Shown piece by piece: positions 13,488 to 26,246 of a stretch of 64,000 nt of DNA. Position 1 is the stretch's first letter. Every line of letters starts with the position of its first letter. Both the position numbers and the translations under genes were made by a program. The stretch comes from the human T2T-CHM13v2.0 reference genome, Homo sapiens: NCBI RefSeq assembly GCF_009914755.1, contig NC_060926.1. One strand, 5' to 3'. A model generated the notes under the pieces. The model saw only the letters and a list, made by a program, of their open reading frames with translations. It had not been told where the DNA came from and searched no databases.

Positions 13488-14171
13488 ATGGCCCATACAG
13501 TTCAATTAGGTCTTCAAGATGCTTCATTTGCTATTACAGAATAACTACTTACCTTCCATGACCACACCCTTGTCATTGTTTTCCTAATTAGTTCCCTGGT
13601 TCTATACGTTATTTCTCTAATACTCACAATAAAATTGACTAACAATAGCACCATAGATGCCCAAGAAATAGAGACTGTCTGAATGATCTTGCCTGCTAGC
13701 ATCTTAATCTTAACTGCCCTCCCATCCCTACGTATGTAATATACAACAGATGAAGTCAATAAGCCTTCTCTCACCGTTAAAACAATCGGACATCAATGGT
13801 ATTGAAGCTACTAGTGTACAGATTATGAAGAGTTAAGCTTCTATTCTTATATGCTTCCAACAGCAGACCTAAAACCAAAAGAACTCCGACTCCTTGAAGT
13901 CGATAACCGAACAATCCTCCCAATAGAAATTCCCATCCGCATGTTAACCTCATCTGAAGATGTCCTGCACTCATGAACTATTCCCTCATTAGGTTTAAAA
14001 ACAGATGCAGTCCCTGGACGCTTAAACCAATTTACCTTAACCACTACACGACCAGGCTTCAACTACAGACAATGCTCAGAAATCTGTGGATCTAATCACG
14101 GTTTTATACCTATTGTTCTAGAACTAGTTCCATTAAAAACTTTTGAAACTTGATCTATAGCCACACGATAA
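13488..14171 (+). pseudogene. MT-CO2: COX2 pseudogene
   Basis: MAHTVQLGLQDA.., [27 protein letters not shown]; internal stops. Confidence 0.95.
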
Positions 14172-14174
14172 TAT

Positions 14175-14244
14175 CACTGTAAAATTACCCCAGTGTTAAC
14201 CTTTTAAGTTAAAGATCGAGAGAAATCATACCTCTCTAGAGTGA
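14175..14244 (+). tRNA. mt-tRNA-Lys remnant (NUMT)
   Basis: CACTGTAAA..TTAACCTTTTAAGTTAAAGA. Confidence 0.85.
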
Positions 14245-14448
14245 ATGCCTCAGCTAGATACCTCCACATGACCTATTATTGTATCAATAATCGTAACTTT
14301 ATTTTCCATTATTCAATTAAAAATTTCAAATTTCATCTACCATACACCCCCTTCACCAAAAACAGTTAAAGTACAAAAACATAACAACCCTTGAGAACTA
14401 AAATGAACAAAAATCTGTTCACCTCATTTATCGCCCCAACAATCCTAG
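14245..14448 (+). pseudogene. MT-ATP8: ATP8 pseudogene
   Basis: MPQLDTSTW.. through ..[19 protein letters not shown] (mito code). Confidence 0.9.
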
Positions 14449-15080
14449 GGTTACCCACAGCAGCACTAATCATCTTGTTCCCCTCCACACTCCTTCCAAC
14501 CTCCAACTATCTAGTCAATAACTGATTAATTTCTATTCAACAATGACTAGTTCAACTTATCCTAAAACAAATAATTATACGTAACATTAAAGGACAAGCC
14601 CGATCCCTTATACTGATATCTCTAATTCTCTTTATTGCCTTAACCAATCTCCTTGGACTCCTACCAGACTCATTTACACCAACTACCCAACCATCAATAA
14701 ATCTAGCTACAGCAATCCCCTTATGAGCAGGCACAGTAATCACGGGCTTCCGCTTTAAAACTAAAAACTCCTTAGCTCACTTCCTACCACAAGGCACACG
14801 CATACCACTTATTCCTATACCAGTATTCACCGAAACCATTAGTCTATTTATTCAACCAACAGCACTAGCTGTACGTCTAACAGCCAACCTTACAGCCAGT
14901 CACTTACTCATGCGCTTAATTGGAGGAGCCACACTAGTATTATCAACTACTAACCTTCCCACAGCTTCAATCACCTTTATTATTCTAATTCTATTAACCA
15001 TGCTCCAATCTGCTGTGGCCCTTATCCAAGCTTATGTCTTTACGCTTTTAGTAAGCCTTTATTTCTATGACAATACATAA
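14403..15080 (+). pseudogene. MT-ATP6: ATP6 pseudogene
   Basis: [18 protein letters not shown].., [11 protein letters not shown]. Confidence 0.93.
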
Positions 15081-15863
15081 TGACCCACCAAACACACACC
15101 TATCATTTAGTCAAACCCAGCCCTTGACCATTAACAGGGGCTCTCTCAGCTCTCCTAATAACATCCGCCCTAGCTATATGACTTCACTTTAACTCTATTA
15201 CTCTTTTAACCCTGGGCCTACTAACCAATACACTGACTATATATCAATGGTGATGTGACATTATCCGAGAAAGTACATTTCCAGGCCATGATACAACAAC
15301 TGTTCAAAAAGGCCTCCGATGTGGAATAGTCGTATTTGTTATCTCAGAAGTATTTGTCTTTGCTGGATTCTTTTGAGCATTCTACCATTCTAGTCTAGCC
15401 CCAGCTCCAGAATTAGGAGGACACTGATCTCCAACAAGCATTTCTCCCCTCGACCCCCTGGAAGTACCCCTCCTGAACACATCTGTATTACTTGCATCAG
15501 GGGTTTCAATTACTTGAGCCCATCACAGCATAATAGAAAATAATCGAAAACAAGTAATTCAAGCACTACTTTTCACAATTATCTTAGGCATTTGCTTCAC
15601 CCTCCTACAAGTCTCAGAATACTTAGAGGCTCCCTTTGCTATTTCTGATGGAATTTATGGCCCAACATTTTTTATAGCTACAGGCTTTTATGGACTTCAC
15701 ATCATTATTGGATCAACTTTCCTTACTATCTGTCTTCTCTGCCAGTTAAAATACCACTTTACATCCAGCCATCATTTTGGCTTTGAAGCCACCGCCTGAT
15801 ATTGACACTATGTAGATGTAGTATGACTATTCTCATATATTTCTATCTACTGATGAGGGTCTT
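15080..15863 (+). pseudogene. MT-CO3: COX3 pseudogene
   Basis: [28 protein letters not shown]. Confidence 0.94.
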
Positions 15864-15931
15864 ACTCTTTTAGTATAAACAGTACCATTGACTTCCAATC
15901 AATTAGTTTCGATAGTATCTGAAAAAGAGTA
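15864..15931 (+). tRNA. mt-tRNA-Gly remnant (NUMT)
   Basis: ACTCTTTTAGTATAAA..GACTTCCAATC. Confidence 0.85.
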
Positions 15932-16273
15932 ATTAACCTAACACTAGCCCTAGTAATCAACACCCTACTAGCCCTGTCACTTACAGCTATTACATTCTGG
16001 CTCCCACAACTTAATATTTATACAGAAAAATCCAGCCCCTACAAATGCGGATTTGACTCATTATCCTCTGCCCTCATTCCTTTCTCCACAAAATCATTTC
16101 TAGTAGCCATCACATTCCTCCTATTTGACTTAGAAATCGCCCTACTACTACCCTTACCATGAGCCCTTCAAACAACCTGACACTAATAATTAGTACATCC
16201 CTTATGCTAGTTATCATTTTAATCCTAGGGTTAACTTATGAATGAACTCAAAAAGGATTAGACTGAACTGAAT
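15932..16273 (+). pseudogene. MT-ND3: ND3 pseudogene
   Basis: [30 protein letters not shown]; small deletion. Confidence 0.92.
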
Positions 16274-16339
16274 TGGTAAGTAGTTTAAGCCAAAATAAAT
16301 GATTTTGACTCATTAGTTATGATAGAACATGTTTACCAA
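16274..16339 (+). tRNA. mt-tRNA-Arg remnant (NUMT)
   Basis: TGGTAAGTAGTTTAAGCC..GACTCATTAG. Confidence 0.83.
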
Positions 16340-16636
16340 ATGCCCTCTATTTACATAAATATTATATTCACATACACCATGTCACTTCTGGGGGTATTAA
16401 TCTATCCATCCCACCTAATATCATCCCTACTATGCCTACAAGGAATAATATTATCATTATTCATCATAAATACCCTTTTAACTTTAAATATACATTTTAC
16501 CCTAGCAACCGTAGTACCCATCACCCTACTAGTATCTGCTGCCTGCGAAGCCGCAGTGGGCCTTGCCTTACTAGTTTCAATTTCCAACACATATGGCTTA
16601 AACTATGTGCATAACCTAAATTTACTTCGACGGTAA
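16340..16636 (+). pseudogene. MT-ND4L: ND4L NUMT copy; full-length 98-codon frame still open
   Basis: ORF track 16319-16636: [38 protein letters not shown]. Confidence 0.93.
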
Positions 16637-18008
16637 AAATTATCATTCCAACAATTATACTGCTACCAATAACATGACTCTCTGATAATCCTATACTCTG
16701 GATCAATATAACCACTCACAGCCTAATTATCAGCTTTATTTCCCTATTATTCTTTAATCAATTCAACGACAATCTATTCAACTTCTCATCAACTTTTCTC
16801 CTCTGATCCCCTAACATCACCCCTTCTAATCTTAACAGCCTGGCCATTAACTCTTATAATTATAGCAAGCCAGTATCACCTCTCCAGTGAATCCCTCCCA
16901 CAGAAAAAGCTCTATATTTCCATATTGATCTCCCTACAAGTTTTTCTAATTATGGCATTTACAGCCACGGAACTAATTATATTTTATATTCTCTTTGAAG
17001 CTACACTTATCCCCACCTTAATTATTATTACCCGCTGGGGCAACCAACCAGAATGCCTCAATGCAAGCACATATTTCTTACCTTACAAACTAGTAGGATC
17101 TCTCCCCCTACTTATTATACTTACTTACACCCAAAATATCCTAGGCTCACTGAGCATAATAATAATAACATTTTTTAATACCCAAGAACTATTGATTTCC
17201 TGATCTGACAACTTTATATGGTGTGTATAATGGCTTTTATGGTAAAAATACCCCTATACGGACTTCACCTATGACTTCCTAAAGCCCATGTAGAAACCCC
17301 TATTGCTGGCTCAATGGTACTTGCAGCAGGACTCCTAAAAACTAGGCAGCTACGGCATAACACGACTTAACCCTTATCCTCAGCCCCCTGACAGAATATA
17401 TAGTCTATCCCTTCCTCACGTTATCCTTATGAGGTATAGTTATGACAAGCTCTATCTGTCTATGACAAACTGAGCTAAAGTCACTTATTGCATATTCCTC
17501 CGTAAGCCATATGGCACTTGTTATTATGGCTATCCTTATTCAAATCCCCTGAAGCTTTATCTTGCTATTATCCTCATAATTGCCCACGGACTTACTTCGT
17601 CCCTACTTTTCTGCCTAGCAAATTCAAACTACAAGCGAATCCACAGCCGAACCATATTACTCTCTCGAGGGCTTCAAACATTATTTCCACTAATAGCCTT
17701 TTGATGGCTTATAGCAAATCTTACTAACCCTGCCTTACCCCCCTCCACTAATCTAATAGGAGAACTCCTCATAATAGTGGCTTCTTTCTCCTGATCAAAT
17801 ATTACCATTATGCTTATAGGATGTAATATATTAATCACTGCCCTTTATCTCCATCACATACTTGTCACAACACAACGATGAACACTTACTTATTATATTA
17901 ACAGTATTAAGCCCTCCTTTACATGAGAAAATATATTAATATTTATACACCTTTCACCTATTCTCCTATTATCTCTAAACCCTAAAATTATTATACAGTC
18001 TATACCCT
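16630..18008 (+). pseudogene. MT-ND4: ND4 pseudogene
   Basis: [24 protein letters not shown]; start codon reads ACG; frameshifts. Confidence 0.94.
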
Positions 18009-18077
18009 ACAAATACAGTTTAATCAAAATGTTAGATTGTGGATCTAATAATAGAAGTCTGCTGCTTCTTATTTACC
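18009..18077 (+). tRNA. mt-tRNA-His remnant (NUMT)
   Basis: AGTTTAATCAAAATGTTAGATTGTGGATCTAA. Confidence 0.83.
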
Positions 18078-18136
18078 AAGAAAGTGTGCAAGAACTGCTA
18101 ACTCATGCCCCCATGCCTGACAACATGGCTTTCTCA
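18078..18136 (+). tRNA. mt-tRNA-Ser(AGY) remnant (NUMT)
   Basis: CAAGAACTGCTAACTCATGCCCCCATG..ATGGCTTTCTCA. Confidence 0.85.
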
Positions 18137-18207
18137 ACTTTTAGAGGATAAGAGCTCTCTGTTGGTCCTAGGAACCAAAAATATTGGTACAACTCCAAAT
18201 AAAAGTA
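18137..18207 (+). tRNA. mt-tRNA-Leu(CUN) remnant (NUMT)
   Basis: ACTTTTAGAGGATAA..CAACTCCAAATAAAAGTA. Confidence 0.85.
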
Positions 18208-20004
18208 ATAATCACGTATTACCATAATAACCTTAATCTCCTTAACCTTACCAATTATTATTACCTTCATAAACCCTTACAAGAAGAACTCGTACCCATA
18301 TTACATAAAAATAGCTATCGCATGCACCTTCACCATTAGCCTCATTCCCACAACAATGTTTATATATACAGACCAATAACCCATCATCTCAAACTGATAT
18401 TGAATAACAATCCAAACCTTTAAACGCTCATTAAGCTTCAAACTAGACTACTTCTCCATAATGTTTATTCCAGTAGCACTATTTGTCACCTGATTATAGA
18501 ATTCTCAATATGATATATAAAGTCCGATCCTAATTTTGATCAGTTTTTCAAATATTTACTTATTTTCCACACCACAATATTAATTCTAGTTACCGCCAAC
18601 AACTTTTTCAACTTTTTGTTGGATGAGAAGGCATAGGAATTGTGTCTTTTCTACTAACTGGCTGATGACATGGCTGAGCAGATGCTAATACAACAGCCCT
18701 GCAAGTGATCCTACATAATCGCATTGGCGATATTGGCTTCATTTTAGCTATAGCATGATTCCTCACATCCTCCAATACATGAGAGCCTCAACAAATATTT
18801 ATCCTAAATCCTACCCTCGATATTCTTCCATTAATTGGCCTTCTCTTAGCAGCACCAGGAAAAACAGCCCAACTTGGCCTCCACTCCTGACTTCCTTCCG
18901 CCATGGAAGGCCCAGCCCCTGTCTCAGCCCTACTCCACTCTAGTAATATAGCTGTGGCAGGGGTTTTCCTATTTCTTCGTTTCTACTCCTTAATAGAAAA
19001 TAATGTGTTAATCCAAACCCTTACACTATGTCTAGGAGCTATTACCACTTTTTTACAGCAATCTGTGCTTTAACACAAAATGATATTGAAAAAATCGTAG
19101 CACTCTCCACCTCAAGTCAACTAGGCCTTAGAATAACCACAATTGGCATTAATCAACCACACCTAGCATTCCTACACATCTGCACCCACGCCTTTTTCAA
19201 AGTTATATTATTTATGTGTTCAGGATCCTTCATCCACAGCCTCAACGATGAACAAGACATCTGAAAAACAGAAGAACTATTTAAGACTTTACCCCTTACT
19301 TTCTCCTCCCTTATTATTGGCAGCCTAGCACTTATGGGTATGCCCTTCCTCACAGGCTTTTACTCTAAAGATCTCATCATCGAAACTGCAAACACGTCAT
19401 ATACCAACGCCTGAGCCCTCTCTTATTATTTTCATTGCCACTTCCCTAACAAGCGTCTATAGTATCCAGATTATCTTCTTCGCCCTAATAGGACAACACC
19501 ACTTCCCAACCCTAATCAACATTAATGAAAATATTCCTTCCCTAATAAATCCAATTAAACACCTTATAGTTGACAGCATCTTCGCTGGGTTTCTCCTCAC
19601 CAATAGCATTGTCCCTGCTTCATCCCTACAAACAACAATAGCACCTCATCTAAAACTTGCAGCCCTAGGTGTAAACATCCTAGGGCTTTTACTGGCTATA
19701 GAACTGAGTTCTATAACTAATAATCTTACAATAAAACACCCATTACAAATATTCAACTTTTCTAACATATTAGGATTTTACTCAATCACAATTCACTGTA
19801 TAACCCCTCACTCAAGCCTATCTACAAGCCAAAACCTGGCATCACTTCTATTAGATCTAATTTGACTAGAAAAGTCCATACCAAAAACAACTTCACAAAC
19901 CCAAATCACAGCCTCCGTTACTATAAGTACTCAAAAAGGCCTATTTAAATCTTATTTCCTCTTTTTTTATTCCATCCTTTTTGACTTTACTCTTAAGTAT
20001 TTAA
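18208..20004 (+). pseudogene. MT-ND5: ND5 pseudogene
   Basis: [36 protein letters not shown]; frameshifts. Confidence 0.94.
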
Positions 20005-20522
20005 TCTGTTGCCCTGAGTAATTTCAATTATAACATCAACACCAGCCAACAATGTTCAACCAGCAACCACCACCAATCAACACTCATAATTATAGAAAGC
20101 ACCCACACCCACAGAATCTTCACGAACCAACCCTGGCCCCTCACCCTCAAAAATTATTCAACTTCCCATACTATTAAAATTAACTACAATCACCAGTCCA
20201 TCATACTCACTCATCAACTTAACACCAACTCTACTGCTAAACCCAATAATAACGTTTCTAAAACCACAATGCTTGATCCTCACTCCTCTGGATATTCCTT
20301 AATAGCCATCGCCGCAGTATAGCCAAAAACAACCATCATCCCCTACAAGTAAATCAAAAAGACTATTAATCCCATAAAAGCCCCACCATAATTTAGTACA
20401 ATAACGCAACCCACAGCACCACTAATAATTAACCCTAAGACCCCATAAATTGGAGGTTTAGAAGAAAAACCTACAAATCCCATAACCAAAAGAACACTTA
20501 ATCAGAACAAAGCGTATGTCAT
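20004..20522 (-). pseudogene. MT-ND6: ND6 pseudogene
   Basis: Minus-strand ATG at 20522 (MTYALF..); VFGYTAAMA motif. Confidence 0.9.
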
Positions 20523-20591
20523 TATTCCCACATGGATTATAACCATGACTAATGATAAGAAAAACCATTGTCATATTTCAACTATAAGAAC
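20523..20591 (-). tRNA. mt-tRNA-Glu remnant (NUMT)
   Basis: Between ND6 and CYTB; ..TTTCAACTATAAGAAC. Confidence 0.83.
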
Positions 20592-20595
20592 ACTA

Positions 20596-21237
20596 ATGAC
20601 CATAATACGTAAAACAAATCCACTAATAAAAATCATTAATTATTCACTCATCGACCTCCCCACTCCATCTCATATCTCTATATGATGAAACTTGGGCTGA
20701 CTTCTTGGCACCTGCTTAATCCTTCAGATCATCACAGGGTTATATCTGGCCATACATTACACACCAGATACCTCAATTTCTTTCTCTTCAGTCGCCTATA
20801 TTAACCGAGATGTGAACTACAGCTGAATTACCCGCTTTTTTCACGCTAACGGTACTTCAACATTCTTCATCTGCCTCTTCTTCCTACATGTCGGCCGAGG
20901 CTTATATTATGGCTCATTCACATATTTGGAAACCTGAAACACTGGCATTATTCTCTTGCTTACAACCACAGCAACAGCGTTTATAGGCTATGTGCTTCCA
21001 TGAGGCCAAATATCACTCTGAGGCGCCACAGTAACCACAAACCTAATATCAGCTACTCCATATGTCGGGACTGACCTTGCCCAGTGAATCTGAGGTGATT
21101 TTCAGTTGACAAAGCCACTCTTACACGATTCTTCACCTTCCATTTCATCATTATAGCCCTAACAATTCTCCACCTTCTATTCCTTCACGAAACAGGGTCT
21201 AATAACCCCTCAGGAATCTCATCACACTCCGATAAAA
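20596..21237 (+). pseudogene. MT-CYB: CYTB pseudogene, 5' part
   Basis: MTMMRKTNPLMK.., GYVLPWGQMS, ends at [17 protein letters not shown]. Confidence 0.94.
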
Positions 21238-21261
21238 GAGACCCTCTTCCTAGGGAGGCGG

Positions 21262-21715
21262 TGTGGGGGATTGGTCAGAGTGGTGGGAAAAACTATAGGG
21301 AAAGGACACAAACCTTCTGAAAGGTCGGAAGTTTCTACAGAGCCCCAGGAGGAGAATAGCTGAAGGCAGCTGTTCTATAACCCTGAGGTAGAGGGCAAGG
21401 AGTAGCTACAAGGGAGTGTGGGGGAATTTTTCTTAAACAAGATTGTTCACTTACATCAACCAGGAACTGACCTTTGATCATCCGTGCGCCTGACGTTCCC
21501 TGAAAGGGGAACAATAAATGTTAATTACCTACAGGTTGTGTCGGCTCCAGGTTTTCACCATTGTGCCTGCACTGAATAAAAGCAAGCAGCTCCAGCTTCT
21601 CACAGCTGCTCTCTGGCCACTGGGGCCGGGCAGTCACCTAGCTGCCTTACACTGCATACCTGTGTCTGAGTACTCATTTCATCCATCAGCCAGGGTCTGT
21701 GGGACAGATCCGGCA
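21262..21715 (+). mobile_element. LTR22-family solo LTR (HERV-K22/HML-5)
   Basis: TG..CA ends; starts TGTGGGGGATTGGTCAGAGTGGTGGGAAAAAC; AATAAA inside; TSD AGGCGG (21256-61) / AGGTGG (21716-21). Confidence 0.8.
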
Positions 21716-21827
21716 AGGTGGCAGGCACTGTCTGTACAGAGGGAGAGGGTGGCATGTGCCTGTGGTAGTCTGTGTTGAGCGGGCTTAAGGGGCTGTGACC
21801 TTGATCCTTGTTCTCTCTTTGGATCAG

Positions 21828-22726
21828 GGTCTTGATTTTCCTGGAGACCCTGACCCCCCTGGAGAAGGTGACTTGGGTGTCTTAGGGAGGGGGAAGGGGA
21901 AAAGAGGGTGGGGCTTCTATGAGGAGCCTCCATGTGGCTAATGGGCTTGGGTACTGGGAAGCTGGAGATATGGCAGGACAGGCAGGGGGATGGGAGGATT
22001 GGCAGTTTTAGGGGTGATGCCAGCCAGGTTGGGGCCTCCTCTGGCCTTGCTTCACCCCTGCAGGGCCAGGACAGTGCTAAGGGTGACTGTGGCAAGGATG
22101 GCGAACCAGGACAATCTGTGAATGACCAGTGACCCCACCACCCCCACTGAGCCCCAGCCTTCAGCCCCTTAGCCCTCTTCTATACCCACGCCTGAGAGGT
22201 CCCTTGGCTGGAGGCCAAACACACACCCATCCCAGTTCTTCTCTTCCTAGGCATTCCCTGGTCCCACTGGGGAGAACAGACCCCCTGGGCCACTAGTCAA
22301 GTGGGTGAGTGAGGTGGGCTCTGGGACCCTGGGAGGCAGTCCCTGGGCCATGTGGTAGAGATTGGGCAATGGCTGGTGGGGCGGGCAGGGAGATGCCTGC
22401 TATCTGTGCTGTCCCTGATGTGTGCATGGGGCGGGGGGGCATGAGCACACGGGTTTATGAGTCTGTGACCTCCTGGGTATGTTGTTCCTGAGGTTTGGTG
22501 AACATGTTCTCAACAGCGGTGGTCATGTTTACTGACCAATCAATGGACACTGGTGGAGGGACGGGCCAGCTTTTCTGCTGGGCCAGAGGTTAACCTGGGC
22601 CACCAGGTGGGGTGTGGGCAACTGGCTCTTCCCCAAATGCACAGACGCCTCTGCATTTTCACAACAGGACCTCTGCATCTGTGTGTGTGTGCCATGTGTG
22701 TGCAATGTGTCTATAGTATGTGCATG

Positions 22727-22770
<44 letters not shown>

Positions 22771-24708
22771 CACGGAAAGGGGAAGACTGGCGCCTGGCTG
22801 CCTAGGCCTCATGTTCTCTCCCTTCCCGTCCCATTTGCAGGGTCTCACTGGCATGCCTGGTCCCCAGAGCCAATGAGGAGTAAAGCCCAGGTGAAAGAGA
22901 GGCTGCCCCTGGGTGCTGGAGCCTCCCCTCTGCCTTCCTGCCCCTCAGGTGCCTCGTCTCCAGATGTCTACCCACCCCCATCCATGTATCCCATGTTGAC
23001 CCCTCCTGGGGATGGGGTTTCCTATAGTTATTGCTGCTCTGGGGCTCCCAGGCTTCGGGCCCTCCTCCCTGCCTCACCCCTTCCACTTTGAACCCCTGCT
23101 CCAATTCACATCCCCTCTGCTGCCTTTCAGGACACGTTCCTTGTGTGCATTTCAGGGCCTCCAGGTGCTGTGGGTGCCTTGGGTCCCACAGGCCCAGCTG
23201 GTGCTGATGGTCTGAGGGGCTCTGGGGTTCAGTGTGAGTCACTGCAGGCGAGGGCTGGGCTTGGGGAGGAGGGTGAAAAGCCCGGAGAGGAGTGCAATGT
23301 GGGGTGCTCCTCCTCATCCCTGGGGTCCCCTCAAATCTGCAGGGTCAGCAAGGCCGACCTGGAGCCACAGGCCAAGCTGGGCCTTCCAGTCCTGTGGTGA
23401 GTGACTGGGATGGGGCTGGTGAGGGGTGAGGGTGGGCGCCCTGAGGCAGCCAGCTAAGACCCTGCAGGAAGTGGGAGGCGATGGGAGAACCGAGTTACCG
23501 CCTCTCTCTGGAGAGAGGGACTTCCTGTCTCCCCAAAGGGACCCCCAGGGCTTCCTGGCTTTGGGAGCGATGCTGGAGCCGAGGAAGAGGTGAGTGACAA
23601 ACACATGGCCAGGTGTGTCTCCCATCACCCTCAGCCCTGAAGCCTGTGGGACTCTGAGGGGCCTGCTCTGCTCCAGGCCCCCAGCCGCCAGGCCCCGGGG
23701 TCCCTGCTCAGTGAGGGCCACCCACAGACCCTGTGCCCAGGGCATTCTCTGTGTCTTGGCCTTTCTCCCCCATCCATGTGACTCCTCCTGTGTTCCCCGA
23801 CCACCTGCTCCCTTCTCTAGGGGCCGCTCAGGTCTCACTGGACTGATTGGGCCCCCTGGAGGAGCAGGGAGAGAATGGGGATCAGGGTCTTCCTGGCCCT
23901 CAGGGCTCCCCTGAACAGAAAGGGAGAGGTGAGTACAGGGCCTGGTCCTGGAGGGTGGGGGGAGGGGTGGGGAGTGGGAGGATGGGGTTAAAACTCAGCT
24001 GTGGGTGAGGGAGCAGATGCTCTGGAGTTTGGGGGGAGGAGGGCCCAGTTGAGCCAGGTCCTTCCCTAGGGTACCCCAGGAGCATCCACCCCATTGGTCC
24101 TGGAGACTCCCTGGCCTCCCCGTGAGCACTGCTTCTGTTCCTGCACTAAATCCTGAACCCCACTGTTGCCTCCCTTGACTTCCAGTGTAACACGCCAAGT
24201 CCTCAGGGTCCCCATTTGTCCTCATGCCTCCAGTGCTTCCTCCCCACACTTCCAGAGCTCCAATGTCCCCAGATTTCCTCAGGCCTGCCCCTCCTGTGTA
24301 GGAACTCGAGGCTGCTGTGGACTTGGGACCTGGCCTCTGCACTCCTGAATCCTGTCTTTCCCCTGCCGTGACTGGCTCTTTCTTGTTCTTTGTGTCACAG
24401 GGACACTGGCTCAAAAGGAGCCAAAGGAGGCGCAGTGAGTGACCCCTGTTGGACTGGACACTGTCTCTTCAAGGCAAACAGACTCCCCCCAGGGAGCCCC
24501 TGATTCCCAACCAGGAGACTGACTTCACCCTTCTGTGACCTTAATCCCATGTGTGACATCTTGACCTCTCCATGACCTCATTTGTCCTCGCCCGACAGGA
24601 GAGGACCACAGCCCCAACCAGGGCTGTGCTTGGGAGGCCTTCTGGATTTTCTGCCACTTGGCAGCAACAGGGGAAGCTTGTGGGACCCCCTGGGATGATG
24701 CCACAGAG
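21828..24708 (+). pseudogene. COL11A2: Unprocessed COL11A2-like pseudogene, 3' exon block (end of helix plus one C-propeptide exon)
   Basis: Exons 21828-21876 FPGDPDPPGEG; 22064-22117 GQDSAKGDCGKDGEPGQS; 22251-22304; 22841-22890; 23156-23233; 23343-23396 GQQGRPGATGQAGPSSPV; 23539-23589; 23821-23928 GLTGLIGPPG..; 24070-24121; 24401-24434 KGAKGG; 24599-24708 PNQGCAWEAFWIFCHLAATGEACGTPWDDATE, resembling COL11A2 [32 protein letters not shown]. Confidence 0.9.
22733..22768. repeat. (TG)n microsatellite
   Basis: Direct inspection. Confidence 0.9.
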
Positions 24709-24929
24709 GTGCGAGCTGGTCTCTGGCTGCCCGTCCCTGCCCATAGTGCACCCCCTCAGGGCCCAGTGGTTTGGCGGTTGTGGAAATGGAGAGAAGCCTT
24801 TTGGAATTCATACTGGAGAAGGGATAGACAGGACTCAGTCATGGGTCGTTTAGGACACTGGGAGATACAGGATGAAGAAACTCTCCCAGAGTCTCAGACT
24901 AATTCATAAATTAAAATACAGGCTCCAGC

Positions 24930-25040
24930 TCTGGCACTGTGGCTCATGCCTGGAATCCACGTGCTTTGGGAAGCTGAGGCAGGAGGACAGCTTGAGACCA
25001 GAGTTGGAGGCCAGCCTGCGGACACAGCCAGGAAAAGAAA
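24930..25040 (+). mobile_element. Degenerate Alu left monomer/FLAM
   Basis: GGCACTGTGGCTCATGCCTGGAATCC..GAGGCAGGAGGA. Confidence 0.65.
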
Positions 25041-25440
25041 GTGGCTGCCAGAAGGTGCCCGACCGCCAGGCCCGAGGCACCCTGGAGGGATCCGCGGGGA
25101 GGGACCCGCAGACCGAGGAAGGCATGCAGCTGCCCCACAGGTGGCCCGGCCTCTTCCTGGCCCCCTCACGTACATGTGCAGAGACCGTTCCTTGTCTTCG
25201 GAAGGTGAACTTGGAACAATTCCCACGGGACACTGCGAATGACGGCGGCTGGGCTTGGGCTCCCCTCTCCGTCCTCAGAGCATGGCCAGGCCCATGGCTG
25301 CTGCTCTTTGCCCGAGAGCATGGGAGATTGCCCCAGGGGGCGCGCCCGGCAGGGCCCTGCTGTGCTACCTGGAACCAAGAGGCCTGGCCGCAGTCTCTGA
25401 CCCCACTCCCGCAGGGGACTGCGCAGGACACAGATGCCGA

Positions 25441-25630
25441 GGCCGGCGTGGTGGCTACGCCTGTGGTCCCAGCTGCTCGGGTGAGGCGAGAGGAGCGCAG
25501 GAGCCTGGGAGGCCGAGGCTGCAGTGAGCCGAGAGGGCCACTGAGCCCCAGCCTCAGCGACACAGCTAGACCCTGTCAAGGAAAGGGGAAGGAAGGAAAG
25601 GGAAAGCAAAGAAAAGAAAACAAAAAAGCA
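25441..25630 (+). mobile_element. Degenerate old Alu right monomer with purine-rich tail
   Basis: CGCCTGTGGTCCCAGCTGCTCGGG..GAGGCTGCAGTGAGCCGAG. Confidence 0.7.
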
Positions 25631-25705
25631 GAAGCAAACGGGCAAGAGGCCAGCGTGTGGTCCCGGGCTGGCCTCAGTAGTAAAGATGCTCGGAGGATTG
25701 ATTGA

Positions 25706-26246
<541 letters not shown>

